DNA of 64,000 nucleotides from Eledone cirrhosa (GCA_964016885.1 OZ024741.1:95790001-95854000); one strand, 5' to 3'; counted from the first letter of the stretch, positions 1 through 12,920 are shown. Notes: generated by a model from the letters alone, not told the origin. Translations and numbers: made by a program.

Positions 1-1704
1 GTACATACGAGGAAAAAGTACTCAATACCAAAGTAGAGAGTATATATATTTTCTATATTAGTGAGATTACTGTCTATTTCACCAGTTCCCGCTGATCACG
101 TAGCTAGAAATAACTTTTTTACACGACACAGAATATATGAGAAATATAATGGGTGTAACTGATAAAATAAACTAGACATAGAGTTTTTTTTAAAACCAAA
201 AAAATACCTTTAGCCAATGAATGTTGAGATATGAAAGTAATTGATAATGAAAAATTGTTGCCGTAAAGTCTTAATGTCAATGCCATAGTTTACACCGAGA
301 CACTAAACATGGTTGTAAAGACCTGGTTCGAAGAGGATGGCGTGGAGGAGGGGCGTCGTTAGTGGGAGGCTGTAAGTATTCCATCAAAATTCTTCTCACT
401 CCCATACAGCTTACAGGACGCTGGAGTAGCTGGCCAAAATGTTTACGATCATTTGACCTCTAATAATTGGTTTCCTAGCACTCCTGGGCTACTACGTCAC
501 AGCCAAGGACTCATTGAAGACTGTCATCGGATCCCTATAGACACATCTTATGCCACTTCAAAGTCGTTATTAAAGAGGTACGTAGTTTTATCGAGTAGTC
601 TTTTGTAATATATATATCTAGGAATATAGCTACTAAATTCTGCAAAACTATATTGTTTTTATTTTAAATTTATACAGTATACGCGAATAAAAATGTTGTT
701 CTCAAAAAGGTGGCGCACATTGTGTGTGTATGTATGTATGTATGTATGTATGTATGTATGTATGTATGTATGTATGTATGTATGTATGTATGTATGTGTG
801 TGTATGTATGTGTGTGTATGTATGTATGTCTAAATAGAAAGAAAGGGGCAGATGACATATCGACCAGTATTTGACTGGTACTTTACACTGGGTTATAAAA
901 AAGTTTTTTTTTGTAAATCGTTTAAGATTTTTCAACTGATTTAGGACAATTTTACACCGCTGAATCCGAAAATGACATCCGTTTCTCTTGATCAGGTCAG
1001 GGTTTTGAGCTAAGTCAATTTATAATACTTATTTATCGATCACGAGAGAATGAAAAGCAAAATTGACCTAAGCATGATTGGAACTCAGAAGGTAGTAAAC
1101 CGGAACCTCTGCAGCTATACAGGCAGATTTTCAGAACAGATTAAGAAACTTTCATGAAAAGACAGAACACATTTGCACATGAAATGTAGAATACGAGGAC
1201 AAAACTAACACACATACACATGCATACATACATACACATGCATACATATACACATGTGCATATATATATACATATATACATACGCATACATATACATATT
1301 TACACATATGCAAACATATTTACACATATCTTCATATACATACACACATGCATATATATTTACACAAATACATACACTCAAACACGTATATATCTAAACA
1401 TATACATACATACTCATATACACACATGTACATGCGTATATACATACAGACACAATAACAAAGAAACGAAATTAAAAATAATATAGTGTAACTGATAAAA
1501 AAAAATTCATAAAAAAGCCAAGTTGAAAAGGAAATCTATGAGAATGGAATGTTTTTTTTAAGAGTAAAAAGTCTATAAAAATGAATATAAATAATAAACC
1601 TTACAGCTGAATTGTAATTTATTTATTGAGAATGACTGTGATGTGTTTTGTGTACCTGTGTATATCTTTCAATGGAGTTGGAATTGCGAATATAGATGAA
1701 TGCT

Positions 1705-1923
<219 letters not shown>

Positions 1924-2071
1924 AAATTTCCATATGTATCATATAGGTGTCCATTCCGTTTTGGCGGCTGACGGGTGAAGAGAATGTTGTTTCTGTCCAC
2001 AATCAGAACTGTTCACTCCTCATTTTTCTGGTGGAAAACAATTTTGGTTACATATACCTACACAAACTCAC

Positions 2072-2125
<54 letters not shown>

Positions 2126-2227
2126 GTATGCATATATCTATATGTTCATATGTTTGTATATATATATATATATATATTTATATGGCAGCTACAACTTCGG
2201 TTTATACCAAATATATACATACATACA

Positions 2228-2305
<78 letters not shown>

Positions 2306-2434
2306 GAGGTTATATTTAATTTGCTGGGATACAACAAGCAAATATTTTTATAACTGATATAAAGCACTCAACAAATTATTGGAGTAAAAATACAATATAT
2401 TAACAAATGGAAACTATATTTATAAAACCATATT

Positions 2435-2499
2435 TATTTCATTATACATATTTCAAGGACACCAAAGCAAATTATGGTGCGCTTTCATCAGATAAAATA
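2435..2499 (-). ncRNA. Type I hammerhead ribozyme motif (family A, left arm)
   Basis: Reverse complement of 2646-2710. Confidence 0.8.
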
Positions 2500-2645
2500 T
2501 AATATAGATCAGTTTTAGAAACAAATATTGACATACCCTTAAAGAATGCGACCATGTCGGTTGGAAGCTCCCGGAAGCTTCCAACCGACATGATCGCATT
2601 CTTTAAGGGTATGTCAATATTTGTTTCTAAAACTGATCTATATTA

Positions 2646-2710
2646 TATTTTATCTGATGAAAGCGCACCATAATTTGCTTTGGTGTCCTTGAAATATGTA
2701 TAATGAAATA
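2646..2710 (+). ncRNA. Type I hammerhead ribozyme motif (family A)
   Basis: TATTTTAT-CTGATGA-[AAG..CACCA..TGGTG..CTT]-GAAA-TATGTA-TA-ATGAAATA. 8-bp stem I, self-complementary stem III, AUA triplet. Confidence 0.85.
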
Positions 2711-2751
2711 AATATGGTTTTATAAATATAATTTCCATTTGTTAATATATA

Positions 2752-2839
<88 letters not shown>

Positions 2840-2879
2840 GATATTAAACAAATGGAAACTATATTTATAAAACCATATT

Positions 2880-2945
2880 TATTTCGTTATATATATTTCT
2901 GGGATATCATATTAAAAATATGGTATGCCTTCCTCAGACAAAATA
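2880..2945 (-). ncRNA. Type I hammerhead ribozyme motif (family A, left arm)
   Basis: Reverse complement of 3083-3148. Confidence 0.8.
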
Positions 2946-3082
2946 CAATATATAAGCTGTTTTATAAATAATTTTGACATACCTTAGAATAATGCAACTT
3001 CCATTTAAAAAGTTGATTTTTAAATGGAAGTTGCATTATTCTAAGGTATGTCAAAATTATTTATAAAACAGCTTATATATTG

Positions 3083-3148
3083 TATTTTGTCTGAGGAAGG
3101 CATACCATATTTTTAATATGATATCCCAGAAATATATATAACGAAATA
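3083..3148 (+). ncRNA. Type I hammerhead ribozyme motif (family A)
   Basis: TATTTTGT-CTGAGGA-stem II-GAAA-TATATA-TA-ACGAAATA. Compensatory A-U to G-C change in stem I relative to 2646-2710. Confidence 0.85.
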
Positions 3149-3503
3149 AATATGGTTTTATAAATATAGTTTCCATTTGTTTAATATCGTAAACCTACTC
3201 CAAAAACTGTTGAGTGCTTTTATATCAGTTATAAAATATTTACTCGTTGTAACCCAACAATTTTAAATAAAACTTTTGCATATATATATATATATATATT
3301 AGAAAGTGAGGTTTTTTTTACAAAATAAAAGATAACCGAGGTGTCCTACACAAGTGAAAGTATAAGGAAAAAAGATGAAATCGAAAATGCGACTGGAGTC
3401 TTTTTTTTTTAAATTTATATTTATTTGGTTCCTTTACCGGTTTCGCAGTTCTTCTGCTTTTCAAAAGTAGAATTGAGATCGCGAGCCTGTGGTTTTTCTC
3501 ACA

Positions 3504-3591
<88 letters not shown>

Positions 3592-3670
3592 CTTGGTATA
3601 TTTTCTGTTAGTTAATCAACCGACACTAGTATACGCAGGATAGCGCACTCGATGAAATATATATTATATA

Positions 3671-3867
3671 TAACGAAGGAAATGTGGTAAGGAACCAGAT
3701 GGACCATAACGCACCAAAGTACTCAATACTTAGGGTAGTAGAGTAGGTAATAGGAACGAGTAGGACCCCGACGGCTGAGCTCAAGCCGTTTCGACGGCTA
3801 ATTCTGGACTCAGTCCAGAATTAGCCGTCGAAACGGCTTGAGCTCAGCCGTCGGAGTCCTACTCGTT

Positions 3868-3872
<5 letters not shown>
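3671..3872. mobile_element. Fold-back element, family B (arms 3750-3810 / 3812-3872, tail 3671-3749)
   Basis: 61-bp arms around a 1-nt apex. Each arm carries the 3' half of an HHR (GAAA-CGGCT..AGCCG-TC). TA-repeat flanks. Confidence 0.85.
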
Positions 3873-3924
<52 letters not shown>

Positions 3925-3936
3925 AAAAGAGTCAGG

Positions 3937-4032
3937 ACCCCGACGGTTGATATCCGGCCTTTTCGACAGCTATATCCGAACTAAGCCAGCATCATTAGTA
4001 CGGCTGGAATCTAGCTGAACGTATCAAGGGGT
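3937..4032 (-). ncRNA. Degenerate hammerhead motif, family B (U3-A8-type core)
   Basis: Minus strand ACCCC-TTGATAC-..CAGCTA..TAGCTG..-GAAA-..CCG-TC-GGGGT. Stems I and II present, core position 9 altered. Confidence 0.5.
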
Positions 4033-4266
4033 TCAGTCCATATATGGGCATGCTGTCAAAAGAAAAGAAGCATGCCTATATATATATAAAAGAGTTGAGA
4101 GAACCAGGCAAAGTACTTGTGGAGACGGCAAAAAGTGAACAGAGGCACTTACTTCCACTTTTATTTGTTTTCGGGAGTACTTTATCTAATTTCGTCAACT
4201 ATTACTTATAAATATATACATACACGTTAAGACTGATGATCTGAATGCCGTTCTTCATTTCCTTCC

Positions 4267-4339
<73 letters not shown>

Positions 4340-4616
4340 TTGGCTTCGTTTATTATAAATTCTCTGCTATATATATTTCAGTGACAGGTATTATTGGCTG
4401 TGACTTTTTCAGGCAGTACGAATTAATGTAGAGAGAACAGGTAAACATGGTGTTGAAATGTGTTCCACTCTCTCAATTCATCGATATGTCCAGCTCCTGG
4501 GTGTGTTGTTAGTCCTACGAGGAACTGGAATCATATATATATATATATATATATGGACTGGTGATGCGACAAAAGATCTTTTATTCACAACAAAAATATA
4601 TCTTTTGTTGCATCAC

Positions 4617-4704
4617 CAGTCTGATGAGCAGATTGACACTGGAGTCGGGTCCATAACTCCTATGGGTCACCTTAAGCCAATTCTCTGCGAAACGCACATA
4701 ACAG
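4617..4704 (+). ncRNA. Hammerhead-like motif preceded by a 22-bp hairpin (4556-4621)
   Basis: CAGT-CTGATGA-GCAGA..TCTGC-GAAA-CGCACA-TA-ACAG. Stems I and III imperfect. Lies in a ~215-bp insert between (TA)n tracts. Confidence 0.6.
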
Positions 4705-4876
4705 TTCGATACGCAATAAATATTTTTCATACGTAAACGAAACTTCCTCGTTTTTTCTGTTATACATAAATATATATATATATATATGTATATGTGTATG
4801 TAGAAAATATCCGTATTGCAGAAAAAGGAAAAAAGGAAAACAGTGCTCAATCGGGAAGAGAGCTGATATATTATAT

Positions 4877-5050
4877 TATTTATTTAGGTTCATTCACAGA
4901 ACAAAAGCGGTACCTTAGGTTTCAAAACTCATTTAAGCACCTGGAAATTATGTCACAATTCTGATCCCTCTTACAATCTGGAGATATGGTCTATTGGGCC
5001 TTGAAACCTTAGGTAGCGCTTTTGTCACGTGTAAGAACATAAATAAATAA
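4877..5050. mobile_element. Decayed fold-back element with HHR remnant
   Basis: Imperfect inverted arms (ACAAAAGCGGTACCTTAGGTTTCAA / TTGAAACCTTAGGTAGCGCTTTTGT). CTGGAGA..GAAA-CCTTAGG-TA at 4978-5015. Confidence 0.55.
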
Positions 5051-5060
5051 ATAAATAATA

Positions 5061-5114
<54 letters not shown>

Positions 5115-5884
5115 CGCATCAAAACATATCAAATATGTCTGATTTTTGTGCTTCTCAATAAAACAGCTCAATAGACTATGTATATTTATATATATGCTGT
5201 ATATTATAAATATAATTCGCCTTTGAATCTAATGGATTTTTGATATGTCAGTTTTCCTGTGACCTATTAATCAGGAAGAAGGACAGCGTGGTTGACATTT
5301 TTCTGGTCCTTTAAAACAGTTGGAAAGAAAGGCGGTGTCTTAAACTGGATATTCAGCACATATGCTTGCAAGATAGGGGATTTCAATAAAGTCCTCCATG
5401 TGCCATGGACCCTGCGACCACTTATACCTACCACTCGAGCAGATCACGACAGGTTGGGAACATAATGCAAAGTTTTGAACTTGGCAATTTTTTACAGCGG
5501 TCTAGCGATTCCACTAGTTGACCACCCTAGTTTGTGATTTTATTTATCGGCTACGCGATTTGAACTCAAAATGCAAGAAAATGGAATAAATATCACAAAG
5601 AATTTCATCCTACCATTTAATGCTCTTGTGAATTATTCCTTAAACCTTGCTTCTACCGATTAAAAAACGAGGTGAAGAATAAATTTCTGAAATTGTACAC
5701 TTAGTTATCTTCTGATCTTACAATATTACGAGCGCAAGAGAATATAAAAGAAGCAGGATTGTGTATGTAGACAATCTGTCAGTCTATCTCTCTTCTTCCT
5801 TCTATTCTACTCATCTGCGAAATATGGCTAAAATATATATATTACCATCCCTCTCTCACTCTCGCTCTCTCTTCCTGTGTATGT

Positions 5885-5928
<44 letters not shown>

Positions 5929-6289
5929 TGTGTACATACATACATACTTATTTTTTTAATTTCCGCTTGAGTGGGTAATAGAAAATAAAGTAGCCAGAAA
6001 CCATGTTCCCTATTCCCAAATAGAATGGGAGATAATTCTAAGCAGTCAAAATTATATTCTCGAATAATTGAACACACTGTAGAAGAACAGTCTGATATTT
6101 GTTGCAAGAAAGGGACGTAACGGTTAGTTAGATCTCGTCAGCATTTCACAGTTTCAAATTTCTTGCGGATCAGAGATTACATTTATACACTTAGAAAAAT
6201 AATCAGTGATATATATTTTTTTTACCAGAGCAAAAGACCGAAAGGATCCATTGCGGCTCTCATTGCTGAAACAAGAATCATTTCTTACA

Positions 6290-6490
6290 TACGAGAGTCG
6301 GCTGAAAAGTTCATTGGCTGACTATGAAGGAGTAACGCTAGAGCTGTGAAATCTTGCATGTATTAATTTCAACTCTTCTTATTAATAACTGCTTTGTTTC
6401 TTTCCAGGAACTATTTTAGGAAATAAACCTCATTTGGTCATTCCATGAGAGTATCTTGGTCAGCCTATAAACTTTCGACCGACCCTCGTA
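6290..6490. mobile_element. Mariner-derived MITE
   Basis: ~30-bp imperfect TIRs (CGAGAGTCGGCTGAAAAGTT / AACTTTCGACCGACCCTCG) with TA at both ends. Second copy at ~29028-29218. Confidence 0.8.
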
Positions 6491-7504
6491 GGTATAAGAC
6501 CCGACACATAGATGGGTGGGCTGGATTTAATTTTTTCCCTGTATTTAACTGGTACATTATTTTATCACCCTTAGCTCCAGTAGGACAAAAGATAAGGTTG
6601 ATCTTCGTTAGAAATTTTGTGGAGAGGAGAATTCAATTATATCACACTCCGGGATTTAACTGGTAGATTATTTTACCTATCCTAGAAAGACAAAGGTTAG
6701 GAAGTTGACCTCTGCAGGATTGGAACTCAGAAGGTAATAAGGCGAGATTTAGAAACACCGCCCGGCATTTATTCTGCGCTCTAACGACTCTGCCAGTTCA
6801 CTGCCTTTACAATGTTTATACCATCAAAAGTATCATTACCTTCTCTGTCATTCAAACCAGAGCATGGAACAACCTTCATGTCACCTCTGTGTCAGCTCTG
6901 TGTCATTTCTCTGTCCTCGTCGTTCACCAAAAACACACGAATCAAAACAAAGGAAAAACAGTTGAAAGAAAACTAAACAAACAAAATAACAACATAAAAA
7001 AATAACACAAAACCAAAACAAAAGAAGTGTTGACGGTAATTATCTCATGTCAGTGTTTTCATTTCGTGATTGTAATGTTGCTTGTGTTGGTATTGTTGTT
7101 GTTGCTGTTTTGTCGTCACATCTTTCACCCCGCCCCCCTTCTCCACAACTCCCTGTCGCTAGCTGCTGCTGCTTCTTCTGTTCCACCATCACACATCGAT
7201 GTTGTTGTCATGGGACAACACGCAGAAGGGTGATTCAGTGGTGTAATTGAATATATTATCTCAAACGGTGTCAATAGACGGAAGGTGAACTGAGTGGTTT
7301 GTTTTTCGACAGTAGAGTCGATCGAGGATAAGGGCAGGGAGGGGGGGGGGGGATGAGGAAGTAGTAGTAGTAGTAGTAAGAGTAGATGAAGAAGAAAATG
7401 TAGATGATGATGGTGGTGATGATGACGTTGATGATGATGGCGACGATGATGATGATGATGATGATAAAATCAAGGTTGAATAAGAGAAACATCTTAAAGA
7501 ATAA

Positions 7505-7866
7505 GAACAACAACGACAACAACAATAACTTCAACGACAGTGACAACAACAACAACAACAATAACAATAATAACAATAACAACAATAACATCAACGACAG
7601 TGACAACAACGACAGTGACAACAACGACAGTGACAACAACAACAACAACAACAATAACAACAACAACAATAACAACAATAACATCAACGACAGTGACAAC
7701 AACGACAGTGACAACAACAACAACAACAACAATAATAACAACAACAACAATAACAACAACGACAGTGACAACAACGACAGTGACAACAACAACAACAACA
7801 ACAACAACAATAACAACAACAACAATAACAACAATAACATCAACGACAGTGACAACAACGACAGTG

Positions 7867-7898
<32 letters not shown>

Positions 7899-7938
7899 AA
7901 CAACAATAACATCAACGACAGTGACAACAACGACAGTG

Positions 7939-7979
<41 letters not shown>

Positions 7980-8241
7980 AACAACAATAACATCAACGAC
8001 AGTGACAACAACGACAGTGACAACAACAACAACAACAGCAACAATAATAACAACAACAACAATAACAACAACGACAGTGACAACAACGACAGTGACAACA
8101 ACAACAACAACAACAACAATAATAACAACAACAACAATAACAACAACGACAGTGACAACAACGACAGTGACAACAACGACAGTGACAACAACAACAACAA
8201 CAACAATAATAACAACAACAACAATAACATCAACGACAGTG

Positions 8242-8276
<35 letters not shown>

Positions 8277-8355
8277 AATAACAACAACAACAATAACAAC
8301 AACGACAGTGACAACAACGACAGTGACAACAACGACAGTGACAACAACGACAGTG

Positions 8356-8387
<32 letters not shown>

Positions 8388-8427
8388 AACAACAATAACA
8401 TCAACGACAGTGACAACAACGACAGTG

Positions 8428-8468
<41 letters not shown>

Positions 8469-8730
8469 AACAACAATAACATCAACGACAGTGACAACAA
8501 CGACAGTGACAACAACAACAACAACAGCAACAATAATAACAACAACAACAATAACAACAACGACAGTGACAACAACGACAGTGACAACAACAACAACAAC
8601 AACAACAATAATAACAACAACAACAATAACAACAACGACAGTGACAACAACGACAGTGACAACAACGACAGTGACAACAACAACAACAACAACAATAATA
8701 ACAACAACAACAATAACATCAACGACAGTG

Positions 8731-8765
<35 letters not shown>

Positions 8766-9315
8766 AATAACAACAACAACAATAACAACAATAACATCAA
8801 CGACAGTGACAACAACAATAACAACAATAACATCAACGACAGTGACAACAACGACAGTGACAACAACAATAACAACAATAACTTCAACGACAGTGACAAC
8901 AACGACAGTGACAACAACGACAGTGACAACAACAACAATAACAACAATAACTTCAACGACAGTGACAACAACGACAGTGACAACAACAATAACAACAATA
9001 ACATCAACGACAGTGACAACAACGACAGTGACAACAACAATAACAACAATAACATCAACGACAGTGACAACAACGACAGTGACAACAACAATAACAACAA
9101 TAACATCAACGACAGTGACAACAACGACAGTGACAACAACGACAGTGACAACAACAACAATAACAACAATAACTTCAACGACAGTGACAACAACGACAGT
9201 GACAACAACAATAACAACAATAACTTCAACGACAGTGACAACAACGACAGTGACAACAACAACAACAACAACAACAATAATAACAACAACAACAATAACT
9301 TCAACGACAGTGACG
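7505..9315. repeat. Complex (AAC)n satellite with interspersed GACAGTGAC motifs
   Basis: 1.8 kb of AAC/AAT triplets punctuated by AACGACAGTGAC, with all units multiples of 3. Confidence 0.95.
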
Positions 9316-9518
9316 AACACCAATGACGGCTATTAAACAATGTGAACGACAACTAAAACGTCATTAGCAGTGCTAACAATAACAGTTAACGCCAACATTA
9401 ATATGATTAACACCACCACCACCACCACCACCACCACCACCACCACCACCACCACCACCACCACCACCACCACCACCACCACCACCAACACCACCACCAC
9501 CACCACCACCACCAATGA

Positions 9519-9551
<33 letters not shown>

Positions 9552-9560
9552 CCCCCCCCC

Positions 9561-9597
<37 letters not shown>

Positions 9598-10322
9598 TTT
9601 GCATTTGTTTTTCAATAGTTTGATGTGAAATCCTGCGCTGAAAAAATATTGTTATTCGTAGGGAGGGACCTGCTACCAATGAAATCAGAATCAACAGTTG
9701 AATTTCACTTCCGTTTTATTATTAGTTTGGTAAGCAATCCATTCATCGGCTGGTTTAGTAACAGGATGGTAATTTAATTGTCAACAATCTTTCGTCACCA
9801 TTCTATGTTTCATATATTCCTGTATATATATATATAATTGAATATATGAGAGAGATGAACACAGATATAAGTATACATGTGTTCCAATTGCAAATGACCA
9901 AGTTAGCTAGGTTGAAAAAATACTAACTTAAAACAATATTGTTTACCTGACTCGATTTAAAGTAATAAATCAATAAGAATAACGAACCTATATCGGGCAA
10001 CAGCCTTTGATACCCAGACAGACCTAAATCTGTTACGCAAGAATTATTAAGTGAGAGCCACCATTCCTGTGCTCTTCAGTAGGTATCCAGATTTTCGTAC
10101 CTTTCACTTCAAAGGATCTAAGAAGACTGAACGATATACTGATATAAAAGCAAATGTTGCAGCTCCTAGCGCGTCTCATACTCATGCTGCTAAAAATAGC
10201 AGCCGGGTGTATGAGACTAAAGTTAGCTTTACGTAAGGAGCTATACACCACCAGAGGGCGTTAGCCCCCCGGTGTTTGGATAGCTACGGCTTCCTAAAAG
10301 CATATTTCTTTAGAAATACGAA

Positions 10323-10511
<189 letters not shown>

Positions 10512-10618
10512 ATAATAATAAATTTGAAGACTAAAATCCAAAGAGGGCTCGATAAGGATAAATATATATCAGACATATAAGAACCGTAGAGCAAATATTT
10601 ATTAAAATAACAGATTAA

Positions 10619-10669
10619 AGTTTAAGCAAAGAATCGCTGCTTTCACCCTTAACGGCATCTTCTGAAACT
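10619..10669 (-). ncRNA. Hammerhead motif with CAGAAGA core in the 3' pLTR
   Basis: Minus strand AGTTT-CAGAAGA-TGCCGTTAAGGGT-GAAA-GCAG..TTGC-TT-AAACT. Confidence 0.7.
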
Positions 10670-10759
10670 AAAAAAGTCAATCTGTAAACGCAGAAGTAAA
10701 TATTTCAAAAAACGTTGCAACCGAAAGAAGACAGGAAGACGATATTTTGGTTCGTGGAA

Positions 10760-11031
10760 ACGTTCCCTGGCAAAGAACGGGAAAGAAACGAAGATAATAC
10801 GTCATTATTTGGTACGTTGAAAACAATTACACGCAAAGACAAAACCACGTTTATGGTATAAATGAAGTCGTAGACTAATATTCTATTAGGTGGTCATGGA
10901 GACATTCCCTGGCAATGAACGAAAAAAACGAAGATAATACGTCATTATGTGGAGCAATGAGAACAATTACACGCAAAGACAAAACCACGTTTATGATATA
11001 ACTGAAGTCGTAGACTAAAATTCTACTTAGG
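10760..11031. repeat. Two-copy ~140-bp tandem duplication in the PLE 3' UTR
   Basis: TTCCCTGGCAA..GAAGATAATACGTCATTAT..GTAGACTAA occurs at 10763 and at 10905. Confidence 0.85.
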
Positions 11032-11686
11032 AAACCGAAAGATTCTCGGCTTCAGAGTTAAGAATAAAGTAAATAAAATACAGAGGTAATTGAAATTAAA
11101 TATATACATACATACACAAGCATACGCGAAAACACTCACCATGGGTATGCAAATACAAGCACGTACACAAAAAAACACGCACGCACATACAGAACCCACG
11201 CAACGCCTTTACCCGCACACATACGAACGTATACACCAAATACACATAAAAACATATATAAAAACATATATATATATATACATGTGTGTGTGTGTGTGTG
11301 TGCGTGTATACATAATTAAATAAACGTATATAAATATACACACATAAATACGTATATAACGCGCGCACACACATACCCACATGTAAATACACATATGTTC
11401 GCAGACGTACGTCAACTCAACCAAAACACACACCCTACATACGTACGAACCCGCATACTCACACAGACGCAAAACTCACGTATGCACATAACCAAATGCA
11501 CATGTACCAGTATATATAATATATGCGCCAATAACATATACAAGCAAATATACGTACGAGAAAGTATACGTACCTTCACAAAACATACAGGTAATATATA
11601 CTTACCTATACGAATAAGTAATGGTATTAACATAACATATACTTAGCTACCACATCAAGACGTAAAATATCCGCGTATAGTTGGTA

Positions 11687-12277
11687 CTATCCGTTAGGGT
11701 ATAATGTGGGGCTGTAATACAGGAAAGTTTTGTGCAATTTATGTTTACAAGCCGAAATTGCTTCAGATATTTTGTTTAAGATGTGGTCTTTGGCGTAGAG
11801 TATTTCCAGGGCCTCAGTGGCGCAGAGGTCACATGGTCTTTTATTTCCGTTATACGATTCAGCCTCAGCTAGGATCTCCCAGTGTAACCTAAATTGGGTG
11901 TGGTTGTCTTTTAGACTCCAGATATAAGCTGAAAGTAACGTCATATTCCATCTTAAAGGGTTAAGAAAAGAATGGGCACAGCATGTAAAGACGCTGCTTG
12001 AATCTATTGGCGGTTAACCCTATGTAGGCCCCCACGGGACGTGGGTGTTTCAACCCTACCGGATGGGGGGCAGTCAACCCGATTCCTACAATTACAGTTA
12101 GTACTAGCTACAGGGTTGCACGTGTTCCTACGGCTAGGTAATTTAGCTAAATTTGAAGCTGTGATGTTATGTGCAAGGGTAGGAGTCGTAGAGTAAGAAA
12201 TTTTAATGGTATTTCTATTAAAAATGTTACTATATTTATGTGGTGGGAGGAAATGCTTTATAATAAGGGAGAGAAAG
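11687..12277 (-). pseudogene. PLE RT-thumb/linker plus GIY-YIG endonuclease remnant
   Basis: Hand translation FLSLIIKHF..IFNRNTIKISYSTTP..CNCRNRVDCP..YIGLTANRFKQR, then track ORF LSAYIWSLK..WEIL..CDLCATEALEI..LNK. Frameshifted and partly deleted. Confidence 0.9.
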
Positions 12278-12303
12278 ATCTGCGTTCACAGATTGACTTT
12301 TTT

Positions 12304-12354
12304 AGTTTCAGAAGATCCCGTTAAGGGTGAAAGCAGAGATTCTTTGCTTAAATT
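12304..12354 (+). ncRNA. Hammerhead motif with CAGAAGA core in the inverted 5' pLTR
   Basis: AGTTT-CAGAAGA-TCCCGTTAAGGGT-GAAA-GCAGAGATTCTTTGC-TT-AAATT. Confidence 0.7.
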
Positions 12355-12367
12355 TTAATCTGTTATC

Positions 12368-12398
<31 letters not shown>

Positions 12399-12401
<3 letters not shown>

Positions 12402-12617
12402 AAAGGTAAACAGAAATAACAACACAATCGGTACAGTATATGGAAGGTATATATTAGGTTAACGCTTGATATAGCAGGAAGAGGGTCTTCAGGTTTCGGA
12501 CGCTAGTCCTTCATCAGAAGAAATAATGAGAAATAAAATAAATTAAGGGGACGGGCGGGATGGAATTGGAAAAAAATGTCTTTAGATAAAAATAATAGGT
12601 CCATTCATGTTGACATC
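12399..12617 (-). mobile_element. Family D pLTR-like repeat with minimal HHR at 12486-12521 (cleavage triplet mutated)
   Basis: Close homologue of 58497-58717. Minus strand TCTT-CTGATGA-AGGAC-TAGC-GTCC-GAAA-CCTG-AAGA. Confidence 0.75.
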
Positions 12618-12641
12618 TCTTGCAAAACTGCTGGAGCTGGC

Positions 12642-12725
<84 letters not shown>

Positions 12726-12729
12726 GTCA

Positions 12730-12920
12730 CCAGTTGGTGCTACTGGTAACATGTATCCCAGTACAACCTGTCTCATGGTCGGGTCGTTGGCGACTAAACT
12801 GGCAACCCCACCAAGGTTTCTTGGTGAGGAGGGTGACTTTGGACATCCTGCAGGACTAAAAACAAAACCTGTCAAAGGGCAAAGGAGCTCTTAAGAGTCA
12901 ATGGCCATCCAAAATCACCG
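12730..12920 (+). mobile_element. Dispersed repeat, possibly a LINE (RTE) 5' region
   Basis: Homologous to 31565-31745 on the opposite strand (CCCAGTACAACCTGTCTCATGGTCGGGTCG). Confidence 0.55.

Larger units (their letters stand above)
2303..2750. mobile_element. Fold-back palindromic HHR element, family A copy 1 (arms ~2395-2569 / 2576-2750, tail 2303-2394)
   Basis: ~175-bp arms are reverse complements with about 2 mismatches by eye. Flanked by (TA)n, with an HHR motif in each arm. Confidence 0.9.
2839..3280. mobile_element. Fold-back palindromic HHR element, family A copy 2 (arms 2839-3011 / 3017-3189, tail 3190-3280)
   Basis: Essentially perfect arms around a GTTGA loop. Diverged homologue of copy 1 in opposite orientation, with (TA)n on both sides. 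Confidence 0.9.
10530..12372 (-). mobile_element. 5'-truncated Penelope-like element (Neptune-type) with inverted terminal pLTR pieces
   Basis: GIY-YIG remnant on the minus strand. Inverted repeats 10601-10694 / 12279-12372, each with an HHR. (TA)n flanks. Confidence 0.85.

Noticed and set aside
2395-3189. Palindromes as DNA-transposon MITEs or miRNA precursors
   Set aside because: Variable apex, asymmetric tails, HHR content and the link to GIY-YIG ORFs fit retroelement products, and the arms are too long and too perfect for pre-miRNAs.
7505-9315. CRISPR-like look of recurring GACAGTGAC motifs
   Set aside because: The spacers are (AAC)n rather than unique sequence, there are no cas genes, and the context is eukaryotic.
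7271-9352. Four overlapping 600-690 aa ORFs
   Set aside because: They are an automatic result of a stop-free triplet satellite, with no domain or splice evidence.
10248-10260. CCACCAGAGGGCG CTCF-like motif in an imperfect hairpin
   Set aside because: A single short motif, probably inside a repeat, cannot support a function without binding data.
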